In this document: positions 1 to 7,987 of the stretch, in pieces
Position numbering within the stretch: the stretch's first letter is position 1
Layout: each line of letters begins with the position of its first letter
Assembly (NCBI RefSeq): GCF_000022265.1
Contig: NC_011979.1
Coordinates: 1,260,001-1,292,000 of the forward strand
Direction of reading: 5' to 3'
DNA from: Geotalea daltonii FRC-32
Lineage (GTDB): Bacteria > Desulfobacterota > Desulfuromonadia > Geobacterales > Geobacteraceae
Length of the DNA stretch: 32,000 bases
Translations under genes and position numbers: made by a program
The notes under the pieces: generated by a model
Seen by the model: the letters and a program-made list of their open reading frames with translations, nothing else
What the model was told of the DNA's origin: nothing
The model's database searches: none

Positions 1-279
1 CGAAGAAGCCATCGACGGTGGCGGTGGAGCGCCATTGCCGTTCGGGCCGTTGCAACCGCCAGGGACCGCACATGATAGCCCAGTGGAAACGATAATCAGG
101 TGATCCCCCGGCAAGAGCTGCACCCCGCTCGACTGAAAACCGGTGTGCGGGTATCCCGCCAGATACCTATCCGAATATTTCGGATCAACAGTAAATGTTG
201 TCGTTTCCGCGTTGGCGACAATGCATGCACCAATAAGTACCATCCCTCCTGTTATTGCAAGAACAATCTTTCTAAACAT
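1..279 (-). CDS. Secreted hypothetical protein, first 93 codons only (gene runs off the left edge of the window)
   Basis: Absent from the ORF track because there is no stop in the window. Minus-strand ATG at 279-277 follows RBS TAGGAGGGGG (plus coordinates 282-290). The frame stays open to position 1. Translation: MFRKIVLAITGGMVLIGACIVANA/ETTTFTVDPKYSDRYLAGYPHTGFQSSGVQLLPGDHLIIVSTGLSCAVPGGCNGPNGNGAPPPPSMASS. It has a hydrophobic signal peptide with an A-N-A cleavage-type site. Confidence 0.6.
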   Translation of the reverse strand, partial: MFRKIVLAITGGMVLIGACIVANAETTTFTVDPKYSDRYLAGYPHTGFQSSGVQLLPGDHLIIVSTGLSCAVPGGCNGPNGNGAPPPPSMASS

Positions 280-512
280 GCCCCCTCCTAAAAATAAAAG
301 TTGATAATTTTTTAATTTAAAATTAGATTTGTCAAGTAAATAAATTCTTTGACATCACGATTTTAAATGCATACCTTCGCAAGAATCTATGCAGGAATTC
401 CATGAATTCAAAGGACACCAAACTTAATTCCAAAGGCGATCAAAGGGCCGCCTTTGCAGCTTCTGCACAAAAATTTGCGGGAGGCAGGTCTGCCTTTCTG
501 CCCCCACCTTTA

Positions 513-544
513 GATTTTCGGGGGACACGATTTCGGGGGGACAC
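513..544. repeat. Two tandem 16-bp units, GATTTTCGGGGGACAC and GATTTCGGGGGGACAC
   Basis: Read directly. Copy 1 is 513-528 and copy 2 is 529-544, differing only by a T/G shift. The repeat lies in the intergenic space between the polX stop and the start of the secreted-protein gene. Confidence 0.85.
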
Positions 545-600
545 AATACATAATTCAGAAATCTAGGCCAAGACGTTGCACTTAAGTCTCCTTACCTCTT

Positions 601-2340
601 TCAATGCCCGCCAAACTTCCCCGAATTCCTTCTTCTTCTCCGCAAAAACTCCGGCAGCTCCAGGGCGTTCAGCACATCCTCCTTTTCCAGCCAGCCCCTG
701 CGGGCAATGGCTATTCCATAGGGAAGGAAGTCGAAGTTGCTGGTGACATGGGCATCGGTGTTGATGGCCACCGGTACCCCCAGCTCCTTGGCTCGCCGCG
801 CTTGGCGGTCGTTGATGTCCAGGCGGAGCGGATAGGCGTTGATTTCCAGTGCGGTGCCGGTTTCCGCCGCCACCCGGAGCACCTCGTCCATGTCGATCTC
901 GTACGCCTCACGTTCCCCCAGTATTCTGCCGGTTGGGTGAGCGATCATGGTCACCCACGGGTTGCGCATGGCGGCCGCCATCCGGGCGGTGATCTGCTCC
1001 CGGGGCTGCTTGAAGGCCGAGTGGATGGAGGCGATGACGAAATCAAGCTCTTTCAGCACCTCATCGGGAAAATCAAGGGAGCCATCGGGCAGGATGTCCA
1101 TCTCCGTGCCGTGCAGCACCCGGAAGTCGCCACTGTTACGGTTGAAGGCGGCGATCTCCTCCCGCTGCTCTATGAGCCGCTCGATGGTCAGACCACGGGT
1201 GACCCCCAGGGACCGGGAGTGATCGGTGAGGGCGATATAGGCAAGCCCCCGCTTTCTGGCTGCTGCGGCCATCTTGTCCAGGGAGTGCATGCCGTCGCTC
1301 CACCGGGAATGGACGTGCAGGTCCCCCCTGATGTCTCCGGCGGTGACCAGCCGGGGCAAGGCATCGGCCAGGGCCGCCTCCACCTCGCCGCCGTCTTCGC
1401 GCAGTTCCGGCGGGATGAAGGGTAGGCCAACCACCCGATAGACGTCCTCCTCTTCTGCCCCGCCGATCCGCGAATCATCTTCGGTCCGAAAGATACCGTA
1501 CTCGTTGATCTTCAGCCCCTGGCGTACCGCCATGTCCCTGAGCCGCACGTTGTGATTCTTCGAACCGGTGAGATAGGCCAGGGCGGCGCCAAAGGAACCC
1601 CGCTCCACCACCCGGAGGTCCACCTGGATTCCGTCCGTGACAAGCACCGATGACCTGGTCGGCCCTTTCAGCAGCAGCCTGGTTACCTGGGGGAGCGTGG
1701 TAAAGGCGATCATCAGTGCCGCCGGGTCAGAGGCGGTGGCGACGATATCGATGTCCTTCACCGTCTCTTTCCAGCGCCTGATGCTGCCGGCCAGCTCGAT
1801 CCGCTCCACGCATCCCTGCTTGCGCAGGCTATCCACCAGGGAGTCAGCCAGCGGCAGCACCCGCCCGAGGGGAAACCGTTCCCGGCCCCTCTTTACCATC
1901 TCGATTCCCTTAAGGATGTTTTCCTCGGTCTTGCTCTGGATCTTGGGGATTGCCCCCGCCAGCCGGTGCTCGGCCGCGGCCCGTTCCAGATCGTCCATTC
2001 CCTTGACCCCCAGCTTGTCATAGAGGAGTTTCGCCTTTGCCGGCCCCAGACCGGGAATGACCAGCAATTCCAGCATCCCCAGCGGCACCTCTTCCTTGAG
2101 CTTTTCGTGGGCCTCGATCTTGCCGGTGGCGAGATACTCCTCTATCTTGGCGGCGAAATCTTTGCCGATCCCGGGGATTTTCAACAGTTCCTTATGGGAG
2201 AGGTTGTCGATGGCCTGGGACAGTCCTTCCAGGTTCAAAGCGGCACGGCGATAGGCCCTGATCTTGAAAATATCGTAGCCGCGGAACTCCTGGATGTCAG
2301 CGATTTCGGAGAAGATGCGGGCGATCTCATGATTTTTCAT
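601..2340 (-). CDS. polX: Family X DNA polymerase with C-terminal PHP phosphoesterase domain (PolX)
   Basis: 579-aa ORF. Helix-hairpin-helix motifs are present (GIGKDFAAKIEEYL, GLGPAKAKLLY). The pol-beta nucleotidyltransferase core is present (ELAGSIRRWKETVKDIDIV). PHP motifs are present (GDLHVHSRWSDG, LTDHS, INTDAH). Confidence 0.9.
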   Translation of the reverse strand: MKNHEIARIFSEIADIQEFRGYDIFKIRAYRRAALNLEGLSQAIDNLSHKELLKIPGIGKDFAAKIEEYLATGKIEAHEKLKEEVPLGMLELLVIPGLGPAKAKLLYDKLGVKGMDDLERAAAEHRLAGAIPKIQSKTEENILKGIEMVKRGRERFPLGRVLPLADSLVDSLRKQGCVERIELAGSIRRWKETVKDIDIVATASDPAALMIAFTTLPQVTRLLLKGPTRSSVLVTDGIQVDLRVVERGSFGAALAYLTGSKNHNVRLRDMAVRQGLKINEYGIFRTEDDSRIGGAEEEDVYRVVGLPFIPPELREDGGEVEAALADALPRLVTAGDIRGDLHVHSRWSDGMHSLDKMAAAARKRGLAYIALTDHSRSLGVTRGLTIERLIEQREEIAAFNRNSGDFRVLHGTEMDILPDGSLDFPDEVLKELDFVIASIHSAFKQPREQITARMAAAMRNPWVTMIAHPTGRILGEREAYEIDMDEVLRVAAETGTALEINAYPLRLDINDRQARRAKELGVPVAINTDAHVTSNFDFLPYGIAIARRGWLEKEDVLNALELPEFLRRRRRNSGKFGGH

Positions 2341-2623
2341 GGGTGCCTCCTCTCTTAAATTTTATCAGGTGAAGGCCAAGGAGGTAACTTCAACGTCCTT
2401 GTAATTCGTCGCCCATTGAACATTGCTGATGGGGAAGTTGCAAGGTTGTTTAACGGAATTCTGGACATATATGTTCTGACGCTGTTCATTGCAATGCCAA
2501 CCGGCGGATCAAGTGCTCCGGTCCCGGAGCCTGCTTCCTTATCGGTAGCGGATTGTTAGTTCGAAACTTGAATTAAAAAGAGACCTTCTGCGAGGCCAGG
2601 GGCAACCAATGGGGGCGACGTCC

Positions 2624-2653
2624 TTGCTTTTTAGGCCAGTGTAGCTGTATACT
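2624..2653 (+). promoter_or_regulatory. Candidate sigma70 promoter for the decarboxylase transcript
   Basis: -35 TTGCTT (2624-2629), 18-bp spacer, -10 TATACT (2648-2653). It lies about 125 bp upstream of the decarboxylase ATG. Confidence 0.35.
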
Positions 2654-2778
2654 CCTGTTTTAAAATATCAAGGAGCCGAAGTATGGGCGGCAAGAAACGG
2701 CTGCGAAGGACCTTTCTGTTGCTGCCATACTGCCAGTACCAGCCCCGCAGTGGAAGACGCTCCAAAAGGTGAACCATA

Positions 2779-4449
2779 ATGCTGAAAAATCGTGAAGCAG
2801 CTCGTGCCAATCTGGAAAATCTTTACCGGATCTTTACCGTCCCGGAAGCGCCCGATTCGACCCTAGGCGCTATCGATCAGGCGATTGCCGCAGATGTCAC
2901 CGGCTTTTTGCAGACCCATATCGTTGCCATCGAACGCGACCTCGAAGCTATCGAGGCCGATTTCGCCTCTGCCATCATCCCGGAAGAACCGACCTACGTC
3001 TCCGAATATACCGAATTCGTCAAGGAGAACCTGGTCGCCCAGTCGGTCCATACTGCTGCCCCCGGCTTTGTCGGCCACATGACTTCGGCGATCCCCTACT
3101 TCATGCTCCCCCTGGCGCGCCTCATGACAGCCCTCAACCAGAACCTGGTCAAGGTGGAGACATCCAAGGCCTTTACCCCCATGGAGCGGCAGGTCCTGGC
3201 CATGCTCCATCACCTGGTCTACCGCCGGGATGCCGACTTCTATCCCGCCTGGATTCACAACAGCCAGCATGCCCTGGGGGCCTTCTGTTCCGGCGGCACC
3301 ATTGCCAACGTCACGGCACTCTGGGTGGCTCGCAACCGTCTCTTCGCTCCAAGCGCTGATTTTGGCGGGCTTGCACAGGAAGGGCTGGGCCGGGCGCTGC
3401 AGCATCGAGGGGCTGAGGGTATTGCGGTCCTCGTCTCCGAGCGCGGCCACTATTCCTTCGGCAAGGCCGCCGATCTCCTGGGCCTGGGCCGGGACAACCT
3501 GATCAAGGTGCAGACCGATGCCCATAACCGTGTCGACCTGAAGCTGTTGCGGGAAGAGGTCCGGCGCCTGCAGGACAGGAACATACTTCCGCTGGCATTG
3601 GTTGGCATCGCCGGCACCACCGAAACCGGCAATGTCGACCCGCTGGAGGCCTTGGCTGATCTCGCAGGGGAGCTCGGGTGCCATTTCCATGTGGACGCTG
3701 CCTGGGGTGGGCCGACTCTCTTTTCCGACCGGTTCCGCTCTCTGCTCAGTGGCATAGAGCGGGCCGACTCGGTCACCATCGATGCGCACAAGCAGCTTTA
3801 TGTTCCCATGGGGGCGGGGATGGTCGTCTTCAAGGATCCGACGGCCCTTTCGGCGATCGAACATCACGCAAATTACATCCTGCGTCATGGCTCCAAGGAT
3901 CTGGGAAGCCATACCCTCGAAGGATCACGGCCGGGTATGGCGATGTTGGTTCATGCCGGTTTATCCATCATTGGCCGCAAGGGGTACGAACTCCTCATGG
4001 ATATGGGGATCGAGCGGGCGCGGACCTTTGCCGCCATGATCCGCCAGTATCCCGATTTTGAACTGACCAGCGAACCGGAGCTGAATATCCTTACCTACCG
4101 CTACTGTCCGCTCAATGTACAAAAGGCCCTGGCCGCAGCGCCTGCTGAGCAACGTGCCGGTATCAATGCGCTCCTCGACCAGGTCTGCCAGCTGCTGCAA
4201 AAACATCAACGGGAAGCGGGGAAAACCTTTGTCTCCCGAACACGGCTGCGAGTGGCTCGCCATGATGAAGAACTAACTGTCCTGCGCGTCGTGTTGGCCA
4301 ACCCACTGACGACCGACGAGATCCTGGCGGCGGTTCTGGCCGAGCAGTGCGAGATCGTGCAGCAGCCGGAGATTCAGGGCTTGTTGCAGCAGGTCGAGGA
4401 AATCTGTACAGGTCTGACTGCAAAGGCGGCCGATCAGTCGCCTAATTGA
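2779..4449 (+). CDS. PLP-dependent group II amino-acid decarboxylase, possibly a PanP-type aspartate 1-decarboxylase
   Basis: 556-aa ORF with RBS AAGGTGA 7 nt upstream. Motifs: SGGTIANVTALWVARN, HVDAAWGG and DSVTIDAHKQLYVPMGAGMVVF (the H-K PLP lysine). Length and motifs fit the roughly 550-aa decarboxylases annotated as putative pyridoxal-dependent aspartate 1-decarboxylase. Substrate cannot be determined from sequence alone. Confidence 0.8.
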   Translation: MLKNREAARANLENLYRIFTVPEAPDSTLGAIDQAIAADVTGFLQTHIVAIERDLEAIEADFASAIIPEEPTYVSEYTEFVKENLVAQSVHTAAPGFVGHMTSAIPYFMLPLARLMTALNQNLVKVETSKAFTPMERQVLAMLHHLVYRRDADFYPAWIHNSQHALGAFCSGGTIANVTALWVARNRLFAPSADFGGLAQEGLGRALQHRGAEGIAVLVSERGHYSFGKAADLLGLGRDNLIKVQTDAHNRVDLKLLREEVRRLQDRNILPLALVGIAGTTETGNVDPLEALADLAGELGCHFHVDAAWGGPTLFSDRFRSLLSGIERADSVTIDAHKQLYVPMGAGMVVFKDPTALSAIEHHANYILRHGSKDLGSHTLEGSRPGMAMLVHAGLSIIGRKGYELLMDMGIERARTFAAMIRQYPDFELTSEPELNILTYRYCPLNVQKALAAAPAEQRAGINALLDQVCQLLQKHQREAGKTFVSRTRLRVARHDEELTVLRVVLANPLTTDEILAAVLAEQCEIVQQPEIQGLLQQVEEICTGLTAKAADQSPN

Positions 4450-4472
4450 CCAACAACTATAAAATTATTCTT

Positions 4473-4639
4473 CTAGGAGTCTGTCTGACTTAGGGATCGA
4501 AGCGAGAGAATGGAAAATCGAGGACGGATATTTGGAAATTTGAGAGCGAATAGTGGACCTATTTGTCGAAAATTTACAGAGATCCGGACCGATTTGCCAT
4601 TTTCGCAGCCGATTCATTCTAAGTCCGACAGACTCCTAG
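4473..4639. repeat. 167-bp long imperfect palindrome with 21-nt terminal inverted repeats (MITE/REP-like element or structured RNA)
   Basis: Left arm CTAGGAGTCTGTCTGACTTAG (4473-4493) pairs with CTAAGTCCGACAGACTCCTAG (4619-4639) at 20 of 21 positions. The interior arms are also roughly 70-75% self-complementary, for example GAATGGAAAATCGAGGACGGAT against ATCCGGACCGATTTGCCATTTTC. It starts 24 bp after the decarboxylase stop. Confidence 0.75.
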
Positions 4640-4783
4640 CTCGAATTTCCCACGGCTGGTATGCTGGCTACTCTCCTGTTAATTTCCTAGCTTCATTATA
4701 CGGCAGAATTAATCAGGCTCTTTGGAATCTTCGGGAGTGAGAGCTCACACATCTAATAAAAACCCCGCTTCCGGTTCCAAGCG

Positions 4784-4792
4784 TGGTATATT
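4784..4792 (+). promoter_or_regulatory. Candidate extended -10 promoter (TGgTATATT) for the small ORF and GNAT unit
   Basis: TG at 4784-4785, one nucleotide, then TATATT at 4787-4792. There is no good -35. It lies about 55 bp upstream of the ATG at 4847. Confidence 0.3.
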
Positions 4793-4846
4793 GGGTGCCG
4801 TCGCCAAAAAAATGCCGACACAGCAAAACCGAGAGAAGGTGAAACT

Positions 4847-5026
4847 ATGAGTATCTTTAACCTGTTTAATTGTAAGCCAGTATGTCGAACCCGCATGGTC
4901 AGCCAGGATTTCTTCGAGTGCAAGGTGAAAAGACCCAAGCCGAAATTTTGTGAGTATTCCCTTAGCATGGGAGAAAGCTTCATCTGCAACCACCTTGACC
5001 GCGCCGGGTTTTCAAGTAAAAAGTAG
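4847..5026 (+). CDS. Small Cys-rich hypothetical protein (59 aa), not in the ORF track
   Basis: ATG at 4847 follows RBS AGAAGGTGA. Translation: MSIFNLFNCKPVCRTRMVSQDFFECKVKRPKPKFCEYSLSMGESFICNHLDRAGFSSKK, ending at TAG 5024-5026. It has five Cys (9, 13, 25, 35, 47) plus His49. It ends 33 bp before the GNAT start on the same strand. It competes with two antisense track ORFs (4745-4993 and 4753-5097) that have no recognisable features. Confidence 0.4.
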   Translation: MSIFNLFNCKPVCRTRMVSQDFFECKVKRPKPKFCEYSLSMGESFICNHLDRAGFSSKK

Positions 5027-5059
5027 TGCCGAAGCCAACGTCCTGGAGTCCCATTCATC

Positions 5060-5581
5060 ATGAAAATACAGAAGTTGATGATCGAGAACCGCACCAAGGT
5101 CTATGCGCTATTGCAGCATGCCTTTCCCGGCACTGATTATGAAGTGGCGTTGGTACAGAAACTCCACGAGAACAACAGGCTCGTGCATGAATGGGTCTGT
5201 ATTCATACCAGCAAGGTCATTGCCTACATCGCATTTTCCAACGCCTATGATGGCACCGACATCTGTGGCTTGCACCTGGCCCCCATGGCGGTGGCCCCCG
5301 AATTTCAAAATCAGGGGGTGGGTTCGGAACTGCTGAAATTTGCCTTGCGACAGGAGGCGATCAAAAGCCGGACCCTGTTTGTCCTGGGGAAACCAGCTTA
5401 TTACCAACGGTTTGGCTTTGAACCCTGCGGTGCCCCCATCTGTCCGTTTGATAAGAACAACTCCCATTTTCTGAGTATGCGAAACAACATTGCCGTCAGT
5501 TTTTCTGTGGGTTATGAGCCTGAGTTTAACGCTGCTGCCACATCATCCGGCAAGCAGGGAAAGAATCGCCGGTCACGGTAA
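5060..5581 (+). CDS. GNAT-family N-acetyltransferase (YhbS-like)
   Basis: 173 aa. The acetyl-CoA-binding motif A is present (MAVAPEFQNQGVGSELLKFAL). The C-terminal YYQRFGFEP is typical of YhbS-type GNATs. Confidence 0.8.
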   Translation: MKIQKLMIENRTKVYALLQHAFPGTDYEVALVQKLHENNRLVHEWVCIHTSKVIAYIAFSNAYDGTDICGLHLAPMAVAPEFQNQGVGSELLKFALRQEAIKSRTLFVLGKPAYYQRFGFEPCGAPICPFDKNNSHFLSMRNNIAVSFSVGYEPEFNAAATSSGKQGKNRRSR

Positions 5582-5610
5582 GCATCAGAACGATCGATTC
5601 ACTTTTATTC

Positions 5611-5645
5611 AAAAGGCGACCATTGGGTCGCCTTTATTGTTTCTT
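5611..5645. terminator. Rho-independent terminator, copy 1 (A-tract and T-tract on both sides, so potentially bidirectional)
   Basis: AAAA-GGCGACC(5615-5621)-attg-GGTCGCC(5626-5632)-TTTATTGTTTCTTGTT. It lies 30 bp after the GNAT stop. Confidence 0.75.
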
Positions 5646-5663
5646 GTTCCTGAAAACTTATTC

Positions 5664-5698
5664 AAAAGGCGACCATTGGGTCGCCTTTATTGTTTCTT
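5664..5698. terminator. Rho-independent terminator, copy 2 (duplicate of copy 1)
   Basis: Same hairpin offset by 53 bp: stem 5668-5674 and 5679-5685, followed by a T-rich tract. Confidence 0.7.
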
Positions 5699-5771
5699 GT
5701 TCCTGAAAACCGATTTCCAGCCGACGTACAGCCAATGTCTCCCTATATCCACATTTGGGTGGACATGGACG

Positions 5772-5800
5772 GTAATGCCGGACTGATCAGCCGGCATTAC
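5772..5800. repeat. Strong 10-bp-stem hairpin between convergent genes
   Basis: GTAATGCCGG (5772-5781), loop actgatcag, CCGGCATTAC (5791-5800). The loop itself contains the palindrome CTGATCAG. There is no clear U-tract. Function is unknown. Confidence 0.5.
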
Positions 5801-5864
5801 CCGCAGCGCCACAAAAAAAGCCACCTTCGATCTGGTCCTGGCGCCGGAATAGAAAATCAAGTGG

Positions 5865-7136
5865 CTACTGGCGGCGTGACTTGAGCAGAAACGAGAAGAT
5901 GAGCCCTATCAGGAGAAACCCGCATGCCAGGGCAAAACTGTAGAAGGATGCCCGTCCGGGATAGAGTCCAGCCGGATACCGATCCTTGATGAGGGCGACC
6001 AGCTGTGGGCCGGCGATACCGGCGGCGGACCAGGCAGTGAGGATTGTGCCATAGACGGCAGGCATGACCTTGCTGCCGAACAGATCGAGCACGAAGGAGG
6101 GCATGGTTCCGAAACCGCCGCCATAGCAGAGGAGAATGTAACAGACCAGCAGCGCAAAGAGCCAAGGATTGTCGGTGTACGTCAAGAGAATAAACGCCAG
6201 CAGTTGGGTGCCGAGAATGATTCTGAAGGTCTCCCGGCGGCCGATCCGGTCCGAGATCCCTCCCCACAAAAACCTGCCGATACCGTTGAAAATGGAACTG
6301 ACTGCGATCAGGGTGGCGCCGTACCTGGCAAGAGCCTCCTTTCCCAGCGCCGGGTCTGCCTTGCTCCAGATATCCTGAAAGAGCGGCGACTGGAAACCGA
6401 TAATGGCGATGCCGGCGGTGATGTTGCAGAAGAAGATCACCCAAAGCAGCGCAAATTCCCGCGAAATCAGGCAGGCACGGGTTCCCCTGCCATGCTCGTC
6501 CGGGCCGCTCCCGGCGCTCGCCATTGGCAGGATATAACCCGACGGCATCCATCCGGCGGGCGGATTCCTGACAAAGGCTGCAGCAGGAATGATCAGCAGG
6601 AGGAACAGCATCCCCATCACGGCAAAGACCCTTACCATGTCTCCGCCCAGTCGAGCCAGGAGCAGAGGCGCTAAAACCTTCGACATCAGGAGGGCGCCAA
6701 AGCCGAACCCCATGACCACCATGCCGGTGGCAAACCCTTTCCGGTCCGGAAACCACCTGGCCATCGTTGCGACCGGAGTGACATAGCTGAGTCCCAGGCC
6801 GGTTCCACCGATTACGCCGTAACCGGCATAAAGGAGCGGGAGGGAATGTATTCTGAGCGCCTGTGCTGCCAGCAGGTAACCGCAGCCGAACAGCATCCCG
6901 CCCAGCAGGGCAAGGATCGTCGGTCCTGTCTTCGGCAATAACATCCCTCCAGCTGCGGCAGCCAGACCGAGAAAGCAGATGGCGAGGCTGAAAGCCCATG
7001 CCACCTGGCTGTTCGACCAAAAGTAGGCGTCGCTGAGGGGTTTCTGGAAGAAGCTCCAGGCGTACACGGTTCCCAGGTTGACCATCAGCAGCGTGCAGAT
7101 AACCGCAATCAGCCAGCGGTTGAATGTCTTTACCAC
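5865..7136 (-). CDS. MFS transporter, oxalate/formate antiporter (OFA)-like family
   Basis: The track ORF is 5865-7214. I prefer the in-frame GTG at 7136, preceded by GGGAGGTG with a 7-nt spacing. This gives an N-terminus VVKTFNRWLIAVICTLLMVNLGTVYAWSFFQKPL, typical of OFA-type MFS proteins. About 12 hydrophobic segments are visible. The overlapping 5857-7164 ORF is out of frame and Arg/Gly/Pro-rich, so I treat it as spurious. Confidence 0.8.
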   Translation of the reverse strand: MVKTFNRWLIAVICTLLMVNLGTVYAWSFFQKPLSDAYFWSNSQVAWAFSLAICFLGLAAAAGGMLLPKTGPTILALLGGMLFGCGYLLAAQALRIHSLPLLYAGYGVIGGTGLGLSYVTPVATMARWFPDRKGFATGMVVMGFGFGALLMSKVLAPLLLARLGGDMVRVFAVMGMLFLLLIIPAAAFVRNPPAGWMPSGYILPMASAGSGPDEHGRGTRACLISREFALLWVIFFCNITAGIAIIGFQSPLFQDIWSKADPALGKEALARYGATLIAVSSIFNGIGRFLWGGISDRIGRRETFRIILGTQLLAFILLTYTDNPWLFALLVCYILLCYGGGFGTMPSFVLDLFGSKVMPAVYGTILTAWSAAGIAGPQLVALIKDRYPAGLYPGRASFYSFALACGFLLIGLIFSFLLKSRRQ

Positions 7137-7195
7137 CCGTGCACCTCCCTTTGTTCCCGTACAACCCCCGTGTAGCAGCTCCGGGTAGGAATTTG

Positions 7196-7223
7196 AGTAT
7201 ATAGTTGGAAGCAATTTTGTCCA
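7196..7223 (-). promoter_or_regulatory. Candidate sigma70 promoter for the OFA-type MFS gene
   Basis: Minus strand: -35 TGGACA (7223-7218), 16-bp spacer, -10 TATACT (7201-7196). Confidence 0.35.
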
Positions 7224-7290
7224 GTTAACTAATGATGGGCAACAGTGGATTCCGGGGACGGAATTTGCGGGAAGCTTCCTTAAAGCAGAA

Positions 7291-7308
7291 GGCGGCCTGC
7301 TGGCCGCC
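7291..7308. terminator. GC hairpin downstream of sodC (terminator-like)
   Basis: GGCGGCC (7291-7297), tgct, GGCCGCC (7302-7308). It is flanked by moderately T-rich sequence on both strands and lies 66 bp after the sodC stop. Confidence 0.55.
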
Positions 7309-7373
7309 TTTGATGTTTCATGCGCATATAAGCGCGGGTAAATGCCCTTACTGGCCCCTTTAGCCGTGCCGCA

Positions 7374-7892
7374 TCATCTGGCGCCGACCACTCCGCAGGC
7401 TATCCTGTCACCGGAGTTGCCGGTTGGGTCGGTCTTCTCGTCGTCAGGCTTGGCGTGGATGATCAGGGCCGTACCACCATTTTTCAGCAACGAGGTCTTC
7501 CCTTTGCCCAGTGTTGCTCCTTCTGCTGTTGCCGTTAATTTTGCAGTGCCGTCCTTTTTCACCTCCAGGTTGGGCAGGTCGCCGGCATGCTTTCCTTCCG
7601 GGTGACCGGCACCGTGGTGCCTGCCGGTGGGGTTGAAATGAGCGCCTGCGGTGGCAAAACCGGGAGGCTCGCACTTGCCGTTTTCATGGATATGCATGCC
7701 ATGTTTACCTGGCGGGAGGCCCGACGCCTTGATAGTCACTTCTACACCCCCCTTTTTCTCGGCGAAGGTTGCGGTACCGACCGATTTCCCGGTAGTGTCG
7801 ACAATGGAAGAGGAAACTGTTTTTCCCGTTTCGCCAGCTCCGGCAACAGTGGCAGAGGCAATCAGCAGAAGGCATATGGTTGATCTGATCAT
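7374..7892 (-). CDS. sodC: Periplasmic Cu/Zn superoxide dismutase
   Basis: 172 aa with signal peptide MIRSTICLLLIASATVAGA. Cu/Zn-SOD motifs are present: HGMHIHENGKC, GAHFNP, HAGDLPNL, ALIIHAKPDD and GNSGDRIACGVV. RBS AAGGAGAAAG lies upstream. Confidence 0.92.
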   Translation of the reverse strand: MIRSTICLLLIASATVAGAGETGKTVSSSIVDTTGKSVGTATFAEKKGGVEVTIKASGLPPGKHGMHIHENGKCEPPGFATAGAHFNPTGRHHGAGHPEGKHAGDLPNLEVKKDGTAKLTATAEGATLGKGKTSLLKNGGTALIIHAKPDDEKTDPTGNSGDRIACGVVGAR

Positions 7893-7987
7893 TGCTTTCT
7901 CCTTGTAGGTTAGTTTCTGGTGCTAAAAGTGTGGATGTGGTTAACCTGCTGTCAATCCGGCTCAAATGGAGTGTTCCGCCGGATCCG

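Larger units (their letters stand above)
5605..5710. repeat. Perfect tandem duplication, 2 x 53 bp, each copy carrying a terminator hairpin
   Basis: 5605-5657 and 5658-5710 are identical: TTATTCAAAAGGCGACCATTGGGTCGCCTTTATTGTTTCTTGTTCCTGAAAAC. Confidence 0.95.

Noticed and set aside
604-1425. 273-aa plus-strand ORF, with several shorter ones up to 2358
   Set aside because: It is entirely antisense to the well-supported polX gene. Its composition is Gly/Pro/Arg/His-rich, typical of high-GC antisense frames, and it has no motifs.
2863-3912. 349-aa minus-strand ORF
   Set aside because: It is antisense to the PLP decarboxylase, has no recognisable domain, and is a high-GC shadow ORF.
4510-4740. 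76-aa plus-strand ORF
   Set aside because: It lies inside and across the 167-bp palindromic element, has no SD, and its sequence is dictated by the repeat arms.
5857-7164. 435-aa minus-strand ORF overlapping the MFS gene in another frame
   Set aside because: It is extremely Arg/Gly/Pro-rich with no hydrophobic-segment pattern. The alternative frame (5865-7136) gives a textbook MFS protein.
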